A stretch of DNA of 64,000 nt from Clostridiales bacterium (GTDB taxonomy: Bacteria > Bacillota > Clostridia > Christensenellales > CAG-138): positions 27,290 through 91,289 of the forward strand of contig SFDB01000003.1 of the NCBI GenBank assembly GCA_004558825.1, written 5' to 3'. The notes beneath the pieces were generated by a model. It worked only from the letters and a program-made list of their open reading frames with translations. It ran no database searches and was not told the origin of the DNA. Below, in pieces: positions 1 to 8,676 of this stretch. Position 1 is the stretch's first letter, and each line of letters begins with the position of its first letter. The translations under genes and the position numbers were made by a program.

Positions 1-1328
1 AATACTTCCTGCGAGGGATACCTGAGGATGGCGTCGCGGGCGCATTAAAAAACGGCGTAAGCGAGCAGGTAGCGAACAAGATATTCGATGAAATGATGGA
101 TTTTGCGTCGTACGCATTCAATAAATCTCATGCGGCAGCGTACGCTGTCGTAGCATACAGGACGGCATATTTAAGGCACTATTATCCTGTTGAGTTTATG
201 GCGGCGCTCATAAACAGCTTTCTGGGCAGCGCGGACAAGACGAGCCAATACATATTCTGTGCAAAGCAGATGGGCATAAAAGTGCTTCCGCCAGATATTA
301 ACGAAAGCTTTGCAAGGTTTACGGTAGAAAACGGCGCAATAAGATTCGGGCTTGCGGCGATAAGAAACGTAGGCGAAAAAGCCATAAACGAGATGATAGA
401 CTACAGGCGGAGAAACGGACGCTTTACTGACTTTTTTGATTTTGCGAGAAGATGCGCCGGTATAAATAAACGCATGGCGGAATCACTCATAAAAGCGGGC
501 TGCTTTATTTCGACCGGTGCAAATCGCGCGCAGCTCATGGCCATATACGAGCGCACTATCGACGGCGAAGCGGCGAACAGAAAAAAGCGCGAGACGGGAC
601 AGCTTTCATTATTCGACATGCAGGGAGCCGAAAATAGTGCGATAGCGCTTGTAGAGCTTCCAAACATGAAAGAGCTTGAGCCGAGGGTTATACTTTCAAT
701 GGAGAAAGAAACCACAGGATTATACATAAGCGCACACCCTCTTGATGAATTTCATGCGGAAATAGAAGCGCTCGGCATAACGGCGGCACAGTTGAACGAA
801 CATGATGAAGCGGGCGAGGCAACGGTGCACGACGGTGACTATGTGCGAATTGGCGGTATAATTACCGCTATAAAGAGAAAGCCTACAAAGTCGGGAAATG
901 GAACGATGGGCTACATTACGCTTGAGGACATGACGGGGAATATCGAGGCTGTGGCGTTTCCAAGCATACTTGACAGGTATTCCACACTGCTTATTCAGGA
1001 CAATATCGTATGTATAGGCGGTAAATTCAATATCCGCGACGGACAGGCCAACAGCATCCTTATAGACAGCGTTGAGCCGCTTGTGAAGCATGGTTTGGGC
1101 GAGAAATGCCTTTATATACGCATAACGGCCAAAAACGCCGATAATCTGCCACATGCAAAGCAGATTTTGGCAAGATTTCCTGGGAATATACCCGTAGTGC
1201 TTTACGATGAAGCTACAAAAAAGAAGCGGCTTGCGCCAAAATCGCTTTACATAAACGCATCTGATGCCTTTATGGACATAATGTGCGAGCTTATGGGAGA
1301 CGATAACGTGAAGCTTATGCAAAAATAG
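1..1328 (+). CDS. dnaE: DNA polymerase III alpha subunit DnaE, C-terminal part (5' end outside window)
   Basis: Frame is open from nt 3. ...VANKIFDEMMDFASYAFNKSHAAAYAVVAYRTAYLRHYYPVEFMAAL... is the conserved DnaE region, followed by an OB-fold-like tail. Confidence 0.9.
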   Translation, partial: YFLRGIPEDGVAGALKNGVSEQVANKIFDEMMDFASYAFNKSHAAAYAVVAYRTAYLRHYYPVEFMAALINSFLGSADKTSQYIFCAKQMGIKVLPPDINESFARFTVENGAIRFGLAAIRNVGEKAINEMIDYRRRNGRFTDFFDFARRCAGINKRMAESLIKAGCFISTGANRAQLMAIYERTIDGEAANRKKRETGQLSLFDMQGAENSAIALVELPNMKELEPRVILSMEKETTGLYISAHPLDEFHAEIEALGITAAQLNEHDEAGEATVHDGDYVRIGGIITAIKRKPTKSGNGTMGYITLEDMTGNIEAVAFPSILDRYSTLLIQDNIVCIGGKFNIRDGQANSILIDSVEPLVKHGLGEKCLYIRITAKNADNLPHAKQILARFPGNIPVVLYDEATKKKRLAPKSLYINASDAFMDIMCELMGDDNVKLMQK

Positions 1329-1381
1329 CCGCGGCGAATTTGTGGTATAATATAAAGAATTATTTTTTGAGGTAATAAAAC

Positions 1382-2347
1382 ATGAAAAGGATAGGGGTGC
1401 TCACAAGCGGCGGCGATACGCCCGGCATGAACAGCGCTATAAGGGCAGTGTTCAAGGAGGGCGTTGCCCGAGGCCACACTGTTATGGGGATATACCATGG
1501 CTTTAGGGGTCTTATAGAAGGCCGCGTAGAGCAGCTTCGGCACGAAAACGTTGAAAATATAATGCACAAAGGCGGCACAGTGCTGAGAACGGCAAGAAGC
1601 GCGGAGTTCATGACCGATGAAGGACTGAAAAAAGCCATAAATGTTGCGCGTGCATATAGCCTTGACGCGATAATAATAATCGGCGGCGATGGAAGTTACA
1701 GGGGTGCAAAAGTGCTTTTTGAACACGGAATTAATACCATCGGCATACCCGGAACGATTGACAATGACATGGGATACACCGATTTCACGATAGGCTTTGA
1801 CACGGCTGTAAATACGCTTACGACCGAGATATATAAAATAAGAGATACTATGCGCGCGCACGATCGCGTGGGCGTGATAGAGGTTATGGGCAGAAGCTGT
1901 GGAGACATAGCACTCTGGGCGGGCGTAGCGGGCGGAGCGGATATAATACTTGTTCCGGAATATCCGATGCCATGGGACGAGGCCGCAAGACGTTTGCAGG
2001 ATAATAAGCTGCGCGGAAAGCTTACGTCGATTGTGATGATTGCGGAGGGTGCAGGTAAGGCGGAGGACTTTGCCCAATATGTCAGAACGCATACAAACGT
2101 AGAGATAAAGGCAATTGTTCCGGGTTACATACAGCGCGGAGGAAATCCATCGGCATTTGACCGCGTGCTTGCTTCGAGGCTTGGACAAAGGGCAGTGGAG
2201 CTTGTGCACGAGAATAAATGCGGGCGCGCAGTCGGTATACACCGCAACAGAATAATCGATGTGCCGCTTGATGAATCGATAGCACTTGCCGACGAGTTTG
2301 ACAAGAAGCTTTATGATTTTAACAACGATGTTTTGTCGAGATTTTGA
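1382..2347 (+). CDS. pfkA: ATP-dependent 6-phosphofructokinase
   Basis: 321 aa. N-terminal RIGVLTSGGDTPGMNSAIRAV PFK signature. The dnaE-pfkA adjacency is typical of Firmicutes. Confidence 0.9.
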   Translation: MKRIGVLTSGGDTPGMNSAIRAVFKEGVARGHTVMGIYHGFRGLIEGRVEQLRHENVENIMHKGGTVLRTARSAEFMTDEGLKKAINVARAYSLDAIIIIGGDGSYRGAKVLFEHGINTIGIPGTIDNDMGYTDFTIGFDTAVNTLTTEIYKIRDTMRAHDRVGVIEVMGRSCGDIALWAGVAGGADIILVPEYPMPWDEAARRLQDNKLRGKLTSIVMIAEGAGKAEDFAQYVRTHTNVEIKAIVPGYIQRGGNPSAFDRVLASRLGQRAVELVHENKCGRAVGIHRNRIIDVPLDESIALADEFDKKLYDFNNDVLSRF

Positions 2348-2349
2348 TT

Positions 2350-3726
2350 ATGAACAAAGTCATACCTGTTAAAAAGAACGACGATATAGAGCTTTACATC
2401 GACGCGTTTGGTTCGGAAGGACAGGGCGTGGGCAGATATAAGGGGTTTATCGTTTTTGTCGCCGGAGCCATCGATGGCGAGGTGGTAAAAGCACACATAA
2501 TAAAGACAACGAAGAATTATGCTATAGGTAAACTCATTGGGGTTGTGTCTCCGAGTGAACATAGAATAGCACCCGAATGCGAATATGCCCGGCTTTGCGG
2601 CGGGTGTTCGCTTCAGCATGTGGATTATGAACACCAGCTTGATATAAAGCGCCGACATGTCGCGGACGCGTTTGAGCGTATAGGCGGTTTTAAGGGCGTC
2701 GAAATCGGTATGACGATAGCTTCGCCGGATATTAGGCGGTATCGCAACAAGGCAAGCTTTCCCGCAGCGCAGGTTGACGGCAGGATACAGCTCGGCCTTT
2801 ATGCATTTAACAGCCATAGGCTTATACCGATAAACGACTGCATGATACAGCACAGCTCGGCTATTGCGGTTAAGAATGCCGTGGAACGATGGGCGAATGA
2901 ATATGGCGTAACGGCATTCGATGAAACAAAGAAAAGCGGCGAGCTTCGCCATGTTATGGTGCGCGTATCCACGGCGGGCGACGTTATGGCGGCGATCGTA
3001 ACGCGCGGAAAGCTTAATCGCAAGGAGGAGCTGATTGCGCTGCTTACGGAAAATGTTGCGGGCATTAAATCGATAATACACAATATAAATTGCCGCGATA
3101 CGAATGTTATACTCGGCAACGACTATGAAACGATATGGGGGAGCGATACGATACCTGAAACAATATGCGGCAAAACATTCAATGTAAGCGCGGCATCTTT
3201 TTTGCAGGTAAATCCGAAACAGACCGAGAAGCTGTACACGTTAGCACTCGAAAAGGCGAATATATCAGATGCTGATACTGTTGCCGACGTGTATTGCGGC
3301 ATAGGAACGATATCACTAATGGCCGCTGACAAGGCGAAGCGCGTAATCGGCATAGAAGAAATTGAGCGTGCGATAATCGATGCAAGGGCAAATGCGTTTG
3401 CGAACGGTGTGGAAAATGCGGAATTCATATGCGCGAAGGCGGAGGAAGCGCTGCCGAAACTTGTGGATGGCGGTCTTGCGCCTGACTGTGTTATACTCGA
3501 TCCGCCACGAAAAGGCTGCGATGAAGCGGTGCTTGATGCTATTGTGAAGAGCGGCGTTCGGCGCGTGTGCTATGTTTCCTGCAATCCGTCGACGTTAGCA
3601 CGCGATTGCAGACTGCTTTGCGATGCAGGCTTTGAGCTTATAAGTGTCGATCCGATAGACATGTTTCCATGGACAAACCATGTGGAGACGGTAGTATTGA
3701 TGACAAAAATGGATAAAATCAAATGA
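2350..3726 (+). CDS. rumA: 23S rRNA (uracil-5-)-methyltransferase, RumA/RlmD family (TRAM, Fe-S cluster, SAM methyltransferase)
   Basis: Cys cluster CEYARLCGGCSLQH, SAM motif DVYCGIGTISL and catalytic YVSCNPSTLARD. The track ORF starts at TTG 2344 and overlaps the pfkA stop; I prefer ATG 2350. Confidence 0.8.
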   Translation: MNKVIPVKKNDDIELYIDAFGSEGQGVGRYKGFIVFVAGAIDGEVVKAHIIKTTKNYAIGKLIGVVSPSEHRIAPECEYARLCGGCSLQHVDYEHQLDIKRRHVADAFERIGGFKGVEIGMTIASPDIRRYRNKASFPAAQVDGRIQLGLYAFNSHRLIPINDCMIQHSSAIAVKNAVERWANEYGVTAFDETKKSGELRHVMVRVSTAGDVMAAIVTRGKLNRKEELIALLTENVAGIKSIIHNINCRDTNVILGNDYETIWGSDTIPETICGKTFNVSAASFLQVNPKQTEKLYTLALEKANISDADTVADVYCGIGTISLMAADKAKRVIGIEEIERAIIDARANAFANGVENAEFICAKAEEALPKLVDGGLAPDCVILDPPRKGCDEAVLDAIVKSGVRRVCYVSCNPSTLARDCRLLCDAGFELISVDPIDMFPWTNHVETVVLMTKMDKIK

Positions 3727-4514
3727 AAGACATACTTGTAACCGGTGCATACGGAGGAATGGGGAGGGCGGCTGTTCAGGCTCTCCGAAAATGCGGATTC
3801 CGTGTGTTCGCTCTTGACCGAAAGGTCGGGGAAACCGTAGAAAATATCATACCTGTCGAAGCGGATATCACTTCCGAGGAGAGTGTGATTTCTGCATTGA
3901 AAACTGTGCGTACATATACCGATTCTCTCTATGCCGTCGTGCATTTCGCCGGGATTTATATGCTCGATTCTCTGGTCGAGATGAACAGTGTCAGCTTCCG
4001 CCGTATTTTTGACGTGAATCTGTATGGAGCGTTTCTGGTGAACAAGACTTTTCTGCCGCTTCTCGGAGAGGGCAGCCGCATTCTCATCACCACAAGTGAG
4101 CTGGCGCCGCTGGATCCGCTTCCGTTCACAGGGATTTACGCCGTCACAAAAGGTGCGCTTGACAAATACGCCTATTCGCTGCGCATGGAACTGCAGCTTC
4201 TGGGAATTTCGGTTTCGGTTCTTCGCGCCGGTGCAGTCGATACGGGAATGCTCGGCGTTTCAACCGATGCGCTTGATCGCTTCTGTGAAAAGACCGAATT
4301 GTATATCTGCAACGCAGATCGGTTCAAGAAAATCGTAAGCCGTGTGGAAGCAAGATGTATCCCGCCTGAAAAGATTGCCGAAAAAGTCGCGCAGATTCTA
4401 AAAAAACGCAGGCCGGCATTTGCGTACAGTATCAACCGCAACCCTCTCCTGCTCCTCTTAGATTTTCTGCCGAAGCGGATTCAGCTATGGGCGATTCGGA
4501 CGGTGCTGAGGTAA
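3723..4514 (+). CDS. short-chain dehydrogenase/reductase family oxidoreductase
   Basis: TGAYGGMG Rossmann motif and YAVTKGAL (YxxxK) catalytic motif. The start overlaps the rumA stop (ATGA). Confidence 0.75.
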   Translation: MKDILVTGAYGGMGRAAVQALRKCGFRVFALDRKVGETVENIIPVEADITSEESVISALKTVRTYTDSLYAVVHFAGIYMLDSLVEMNSVSFRRIFDVNLYGAFLVNKTFLPLLGEGSRILITTSELAPLDPLPFTGIYAVTKGALDKYAYSLRMELQLLGISVSVLRAGAVDTGMLGVSTDALDRFCEKTELYICNADRFKKIVSRVEARCIPPEKIAEKVAQILKKRRPAFAYSINRNPLLLLLDFLPKRIQLWAIRTVLR

Positions 4515-4834
4515 TCTTGCCGAAATCCGCGTAGGAGAGGATGTTTGACGAAGCCTAAAAAACCGTCTTGATTGTGAATCTGCCGAGTACATTTATTGAC
4601 GAAATCAAGGACGGCTGAAACACTTCTGCGGACGACGAGGTAAACATAAAACACCACCATCTTGTTATCCATAAGCACACGTACGGAAAGGTGACCTTGC
4701 TACTCTCGAAGCCGTATCTGAAGAGAGTTGATATAAGCCAATACATAGGCAGCAGGGTTATAATACACCGCAAGGTTTACACTCCATGGTGTCGCCGAGC
4801 ACAGTAACGATAGGACATCTCAATTGAATACAGC

Positions 4835-4892
4835 GAACAAGGGCTTCCGAAGTCAGCATTTGACCTCGAAAGCCCTTGTTTTATGCTTTTTC
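4835..4892 (+). terminator. long hairpin plus T-run; orphan intrinsic-terminator-like element
   Basis: GAACAAGGGCTT...AAGCCCTTGTT stem with an inner GTCA/TGAC stem, followed by TTTTATGCTTTTT. It lies about 320 nt downstream of the SDR stop. Confidence 0.5.
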
Positions 4893-5000
4893 ATCGGTTT
4901 TTGCCCCGGAGTAGGCTTTTTTATTGTATCAAAATCGGTAGGAACATTGACCCGTCGGAGGGATACAGGATATTCATCGAAAATATGCTGGATGAGGTGG

Positions 5001-5040
5001 AATAAAACAACAACCGGGGTGAAATATCACCGGACGGTTG
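5001..5040 (-). terminator. intrinsic terminator of the zinc-ribbon gene
   Basis: Minus strand reads CAACCGTCCGGTGATATTTCACCCCGGTTG followed by TTGTTTTATT, immediately after the stop at 5044. Confidence 0.6.
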
Positions 5041-5043
5041 CCT

Positions 5044-5565
5044 TTATCCCACAGGCGTACCGCAATTACGGCAGAATTTATCGCCTTTTGTCAGCTCGTT
5101 TCCGCATTCTGTACAGTATTTTTGCACCTTTGATTCCGAAGCGTTGGCATCTTCTATGACAAAAATATAAAGAATCCCGCCCGGCAGATCCATTGCCTGC
5201 TGTTTTGCGTAGACACTAAACGTCTCGCCATATCCGACGGTTATGATCGATTCCGTTTCCTCTGTTACGATCATGTTGCCTTCATAATAACTATTCTGGT
5301 ACAGAATTGCGATTACCGCGGAATCCTCATTCAGTTCCTGCACTTTCAGCAGTCTTTCTGAGGTTTTCGCCGGTTTGTTTGTCAAAGGTTTTTTGCTTAC
5401 CGGCTTCGAGAAGTCAAGTTTTCCGGGAAGAACAGTAAAACTATAGCCTTTATCTAAGATGATATCTCCTTCGTGTACCGTAAAACCCGGTCCATATGTT
5501 TTTTCGTTGTCAGAGCCAATCCTGACCAATTTCATCTCATAGTTTGAACTCATAATAGCCTCCAT
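5044..5565 (-). CDS. hypothetical protein with C-terminal zinc ribbon
   Basis: C-terminal CTECGNELTKGDKFCRNCG (CxxC-x10-CxxC). The start is uncertain: ATG 5553 has GGAGG 5 nt upstream. See the finding on the in-frame TM segment. Confidence 0.6.
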   Translation of the reverse strand: MEAIMSSNYEMKLVRIGSDNEKTYGPGFTVHEGDIILDKGYSFTVLPGKLDFSKPVSKKPLTNKPAKTSERLLKVQELNEDSAVIAILYQNSYYEGNMIVTEETESIITVGYGETFSVYAKQQAMDLPGGILYIFVIEDANASESKVQKYCTECGNELTKGDKFCRNCGTPVG

Positions 5566-5783
5566 AAATACTGCTGTAAGTATACCGATAATAACGACAA
5601 TTAATATACCTAAAAGTATCCATTTAGATTTTTTCAGCGTATATTCCTCGCAAACACAGTTTTTTTGATATAGGTTTTAACATAACAAAGTACGGCTGTC
5701 AATAGAAAGTGTCGTAAATCGATACAGTCACCGGGTGGACCTCAGCCAGATAATTAAAACGGCAGGCTCATTTGCGCGGCAAT

Positions 5784-5813
5784 TTGAAAGAAAAGTGTGA
5801 AAAATGATACAAT
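5784..5813 (+). promoter_or_regulatory. sigma-A type promoter with extended -10
   Basis: TTGAAA (5784-5789), 18-nt spacer, TGaTACAAT (5805-5813). Followed by AAGGAGG and an ATG at 5842 that opens only a 9-codon ORF. Confidence 0.5.
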
Positions 5814-6056
5814 GATATTGCAACAAAAGGAGGCGTTTTATATGAACTGTCGTTATAGCCAATCGCTGTAAGTTTGACCTGAAGCTCAGCTATATGGTGA
5901 TAAGGGGCGATGAGACAAAGAGGGTATATCTTGATGAGCTTGCCGTGCTCATCATATAGAGTACAGCCGTCTCAATGACCTGCTGTCTTATGGCCGAGCT
6001 TACCGCGAGAAAATAAAGGTCATATTCTGCGACAGCAAGCGCACCCCCTGCGCCGA

Positions 6057-6230
6057 GCTAATGCCGTATGTAAATCTATGGCGTAACTAAACCCTGACTG
6101 CCGCTATTATGCGCGTCAACAGTTTGGGAGTAGTGTAAATCTATGGGGTAACTAAACATAGCACAGTGACTTGGCAGCACTACGGGGCTCGGGAGTGTTA
6201 TCACTGTTAATCTTAAAATGAAGTCAAAAT
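6057..6230. CRISPR. degenerate three-unit CRISPR-like vestige (repeat resembles type II); no cas genes in window
   Basis: A 36-nt unit GTTTGGGAGTAGTGTAAATCTATGGGGTAACTAAAC sits at 6122-6157. Unit 6057-6092 shares the 3' 24 nt with 1 mismatch but has a diverged 5' 12 nt. Unit 6187-6230 starts exactly one 65-nt period later, keeps the GGGAGT and TGTtAATCT blocks, and carries a ~6-nt insertion. The two spacers are each 29 nt. Confidence 0.4.
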
Positions 6231-6291
6231 AAGATATGCAATTTATCTCCGCATACATGTACACATTATGCCTAAAATAATTACTATCCGC

Positions 6292-6320
6292 TGTACAAAG
6301 ACAAAAGGCAGTGATATAAT
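6292..6320 (+). promoter_or_regulatory. yebC promoter
   Basis: TGTACA, 17-nt spacer, TGaTATAAT (extended -10), about 55 nt upstream of the yebC ATG. Confidence 0.55.
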
Positions 6321-6375
6321 AACTTGAGTTTTACAGATAGCGTACGCTGCTGTTTTGATACATAGGAGGTAGACT

Positions 6376-7122
6376 ATGTCCGGTCATTCCAAATGGGCAA
6401 ACATCAAGAATAAAAAAGAAAAGACCGATTCTCAGCGCGGTAAGATATTTACCAAAATCGGCCGAGAAATTGCTATAGCTGTTAAAGAGGGCGGCGCGGA
6501 TCCTGCCAACAACTCAAAGCTCCGCGACGTTATTGCAAAGGCTAAAGCAAGCAACATGCCTAACGATAATATTGCGCGCTCAATCAAGAAGGCATCGGGC
6601 GAGCTTGGCAGCGTGAACTACGAAGAAGCAACATATGAAGGCTACGGCCCCGCCGGTATCGCAGTAATAGTTGATGTTGTTACAGACAACAAAAACCGCA
6701 CTGTTGCTGATGTTCGCCATATATTTGATAAAAGCGGTGGAACGATGGGTGCGTCAGGTTGTGTAAGCTGGATGTTTAACCATCGCGGCGTTATTGTTAT
6801 CGAGCGCACTGCGTCGATAGATGAGGATGAGCTTATGATGACAGCGCTCGATGCGGGCGCTGAGGATTTTGAGCCGCAAGAGGATGTATTTGAGATATAC
6901 ACTGCTGTGAATGATTTCTCAAAGGTCCGCGAAGCGCTTGAGGCGGCGGGATATACATTTATTTCCGCAGAGCTTTCTATGATACCGACAAACACGACGG
7001 ACGTAAACGATCCCGAGGCCGTACAGAAGGTGCTGCGTTTCCTTGAAAGGCTTGAAGATAACGATGATGTTCAGGAGGTATATCATAACGGCATACTCCC
7101 TGAAGAAGATGATGAAGACTGA
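6376..7122 (+). CDS. yebC: YebC/PmpR family DNA-binding transcriptional regulator
   Basis: N-terminal [27 protein letters not shown] is the family hallmark. 248 aa. RBS GGAGG. Confidence 0.9.
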   Translation: MSGHSKWANIKNKKEKTDSQRGKIFTKIGREIAIAVKEGGADPANNSKLRDVIAKAKASNMPNDNIARSIKKASGELGSVNYEEATYEGYGPAGIAVIVDVVTDNKNRTVADVRHIFDKSGGTMGASGCVSWMFNHRGVIVIERTASIDEDELMMTALDAGAEDFEPQEDVFEIYTAVNDFSKVREALEAAGYTFISAELSMIPTNTTDVNDPEAVQKVLRFLERLEDNDDVQEVYHNGILPEEDDED

Positions 7123-7126
7123 TTTT

Positions 7127-7175
7127 TGAAAAAAACGGCTGCCGGTAAATTTCTTGTCGGCAGCCGCCTTTTGTT
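7127..7175. terminator. bidirectional intrinsic terminator between yebC and pyrE
   Basis: A-run, CGGCTGCCG...CGGCAGCCG stem, then CCTTTTGTT. It sits between convergent genes. Confidence 0.75.
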
Positions 7176-7181
7176 AACCCA

Positions 7182-7754
7182 TCATATTGTTGCGCGGCTG
7201 CCGGGCTTTTCAAGCGCGATTTTCCCATCTTTACAGAGTGGGCATTCGCTTGCGTCAAACGATTCTATGTCGAGCTTTATTGCGCTGTAAACAGGAAGCG
7301 TGAGCGTGCAGTTGGATGAGCGTCTGTCTACTATGCATGCCACGCCTACAACTTCGGCTCCCATAGCGGTAAGTACATCTACTGTTTCCATGGTGGATTT
7401 ACCCGTGGTGACTACATCCTCGCTTATCAGTATTCTGTCGCCCTTACCGACGGCGAATCCGCGTCTTAGCTGCATTTGTCCGTCTTTACGCTCGGTAAAT
7501 ATACTTTCAAGCCCAAGCTGGCGTCCAATTTCATAAGAAACAATTATTCCGCCCATTGCGGGACCGCACACCTTTGTAAGTCCGAGATTCTTCACCTGCT
7601 CGGCAACGGATGCGAGCACTTCAGCAGCTTTATCGGGATATCTGAGCAGTTTGGCGCACTGACAGTAGCGATTGCTATGCCTTCCCGATGAAAGCAGAAA
7701 GTGACCGGCTAAAAGAGCACCCGTTTCTTCAAGTGTTTTCAATATGTTTTCCAT
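7182..7754 (-). CDS. pyrE: orotate phosphoribosyltransferase
   Basis: 190 aa. PRPP-binding ILISEDVVTTGKS motif. Last gene of the pyr operon. Confidence 0.9.
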   Translation of the reverse strand: MENILKTLEETGALLAGHFLLSSGRHSNRYCQCAKLLRYPDKAAEVLASVAEQVKNLGLTKVCGPAMGGIIVSYEIGRQLGLESIFTERKDGQMQLRRGFAVGKGDRILISEDVVTTGKSTMETVDVLTAMGAEVVGVACIVDRRSSNCTLTLPVYSAIKLDIESFDASECPLCKDGKIALEKPGSRATI

Positions 7755-7764
7755 AGTTTTCCTC

Positions 7765-8676
7765 CTATATTATTCCTTTAATCTCGCTGATGTTTTTAAG
7801 CCCTTGAGACGCACAGAAGTTATTTAGATTGTCTATTATTTTCGGTATAGATGTCGGATCAGCAAATATGGCAGTACCTATCTGAACGGCGTCAGCTCCA
7901 ACCATCATAAAAGCGACTGCGTCTTCGAAGCTTGATATACCTCCGAGTCCTATTACCGGGATAGATACACGTTTTGCAGTCTCGTGTACAAGTCTGAGCG
8001 CCATAGGCATTATGGCGGGACCGGACAATCCGGCATAAATGCGTTCGAACACAGGCTTACGCTTATATATGTCTACCGCCATGCCAAGATATGTGTTGAC
8101 GAGGCTTACTGCATCCGCACCGCTGTCTTGGCATGCGGCAGCCACGGCAGATACGTCCGGAGCATTCGGCGAAAGCTTAACTATGAGCGGGTGACGCGAA
8201 ACCTTTTTTATTGCTTTTGTGATATAGGCTGCATCGTTTGGAGATATCCCATATGCCATACCGCCATTTTTTACATTAGGGCAGGAGATATTCAACTCCA
8301 AAGCGTCAATGTCAACCTCATTAAGAAGCTTTGCGCCCTCCACATAGTCGCTCTCACAATGCCCGCCAAGGTTGACCACAACGAAGTCATTGCATTGGCG
8401 CATTATCGCATATTCGTGTGCGACGAATGACTCGATACCGGGGTTTTCAAGCCCTATACTGTTAAGAAGTCCGCTCGGAGTTTCCTGCAGGCGCGTGCCG
8501 CCGTTTCCGCTGCTCCCATAGAGCGTTAAGCCCTTGCTGCATATACCGCCTAAAACATGCGGATCAAACGATGCGTTAAAGCAGTCGCCGAAGCCGAACG
8601 TGCCTGAAGCGGCGATAATCGGATTTTTTAAAGTTTTGCCGAACAGCTTTATTTCAAGCGGGTTAGCGCCCATCAA
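7765..8676 (-). CDS. pyrD: dihydroorotate dehydrogenase, catalytic subunit (class 1B)
   Basis: 303 aa with NPIIAASGTFGFG and typical DHOD TIM-barrel motifs. Paired with pyrK. Confidence 0.9.
   Translation of the reverse strand: MMGANPLEIKLFGKTLKNPIIAASGTFGFGDCFNASFDPHVLGGICSKGLTLYGSSGNGGTRLQETPSGLLNSIGLENPGIESFVAHEYAIMRQCNDFVVVNLGGHCESDYVEGAKLLNEVDIDALELNISCPNVKNGGMAYGISPNDAAYITKAIKKVSRHPLIVKLSPNAPDVSAVAAACQDSGADAVSLVNTYLGMAVDIYKRKPVFERIYAGLSGPAIMPMALRLVHETAKRVSIPVIGLGGISSFEDAVAFMMVGADAVQIGTAIFADPTSIPKIIDNLNNFCASQGLKNISEIKGII

Noticed and set aside
4824-5159. 111-aa plus-strand ORF
   Set aside because: It spans the orphan terminator hairpin and the 3' end and terminator of the zinc-ribbon gene on the other strand. 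It has no RBS, and its hydrophobic stretch is hairpin-derived.
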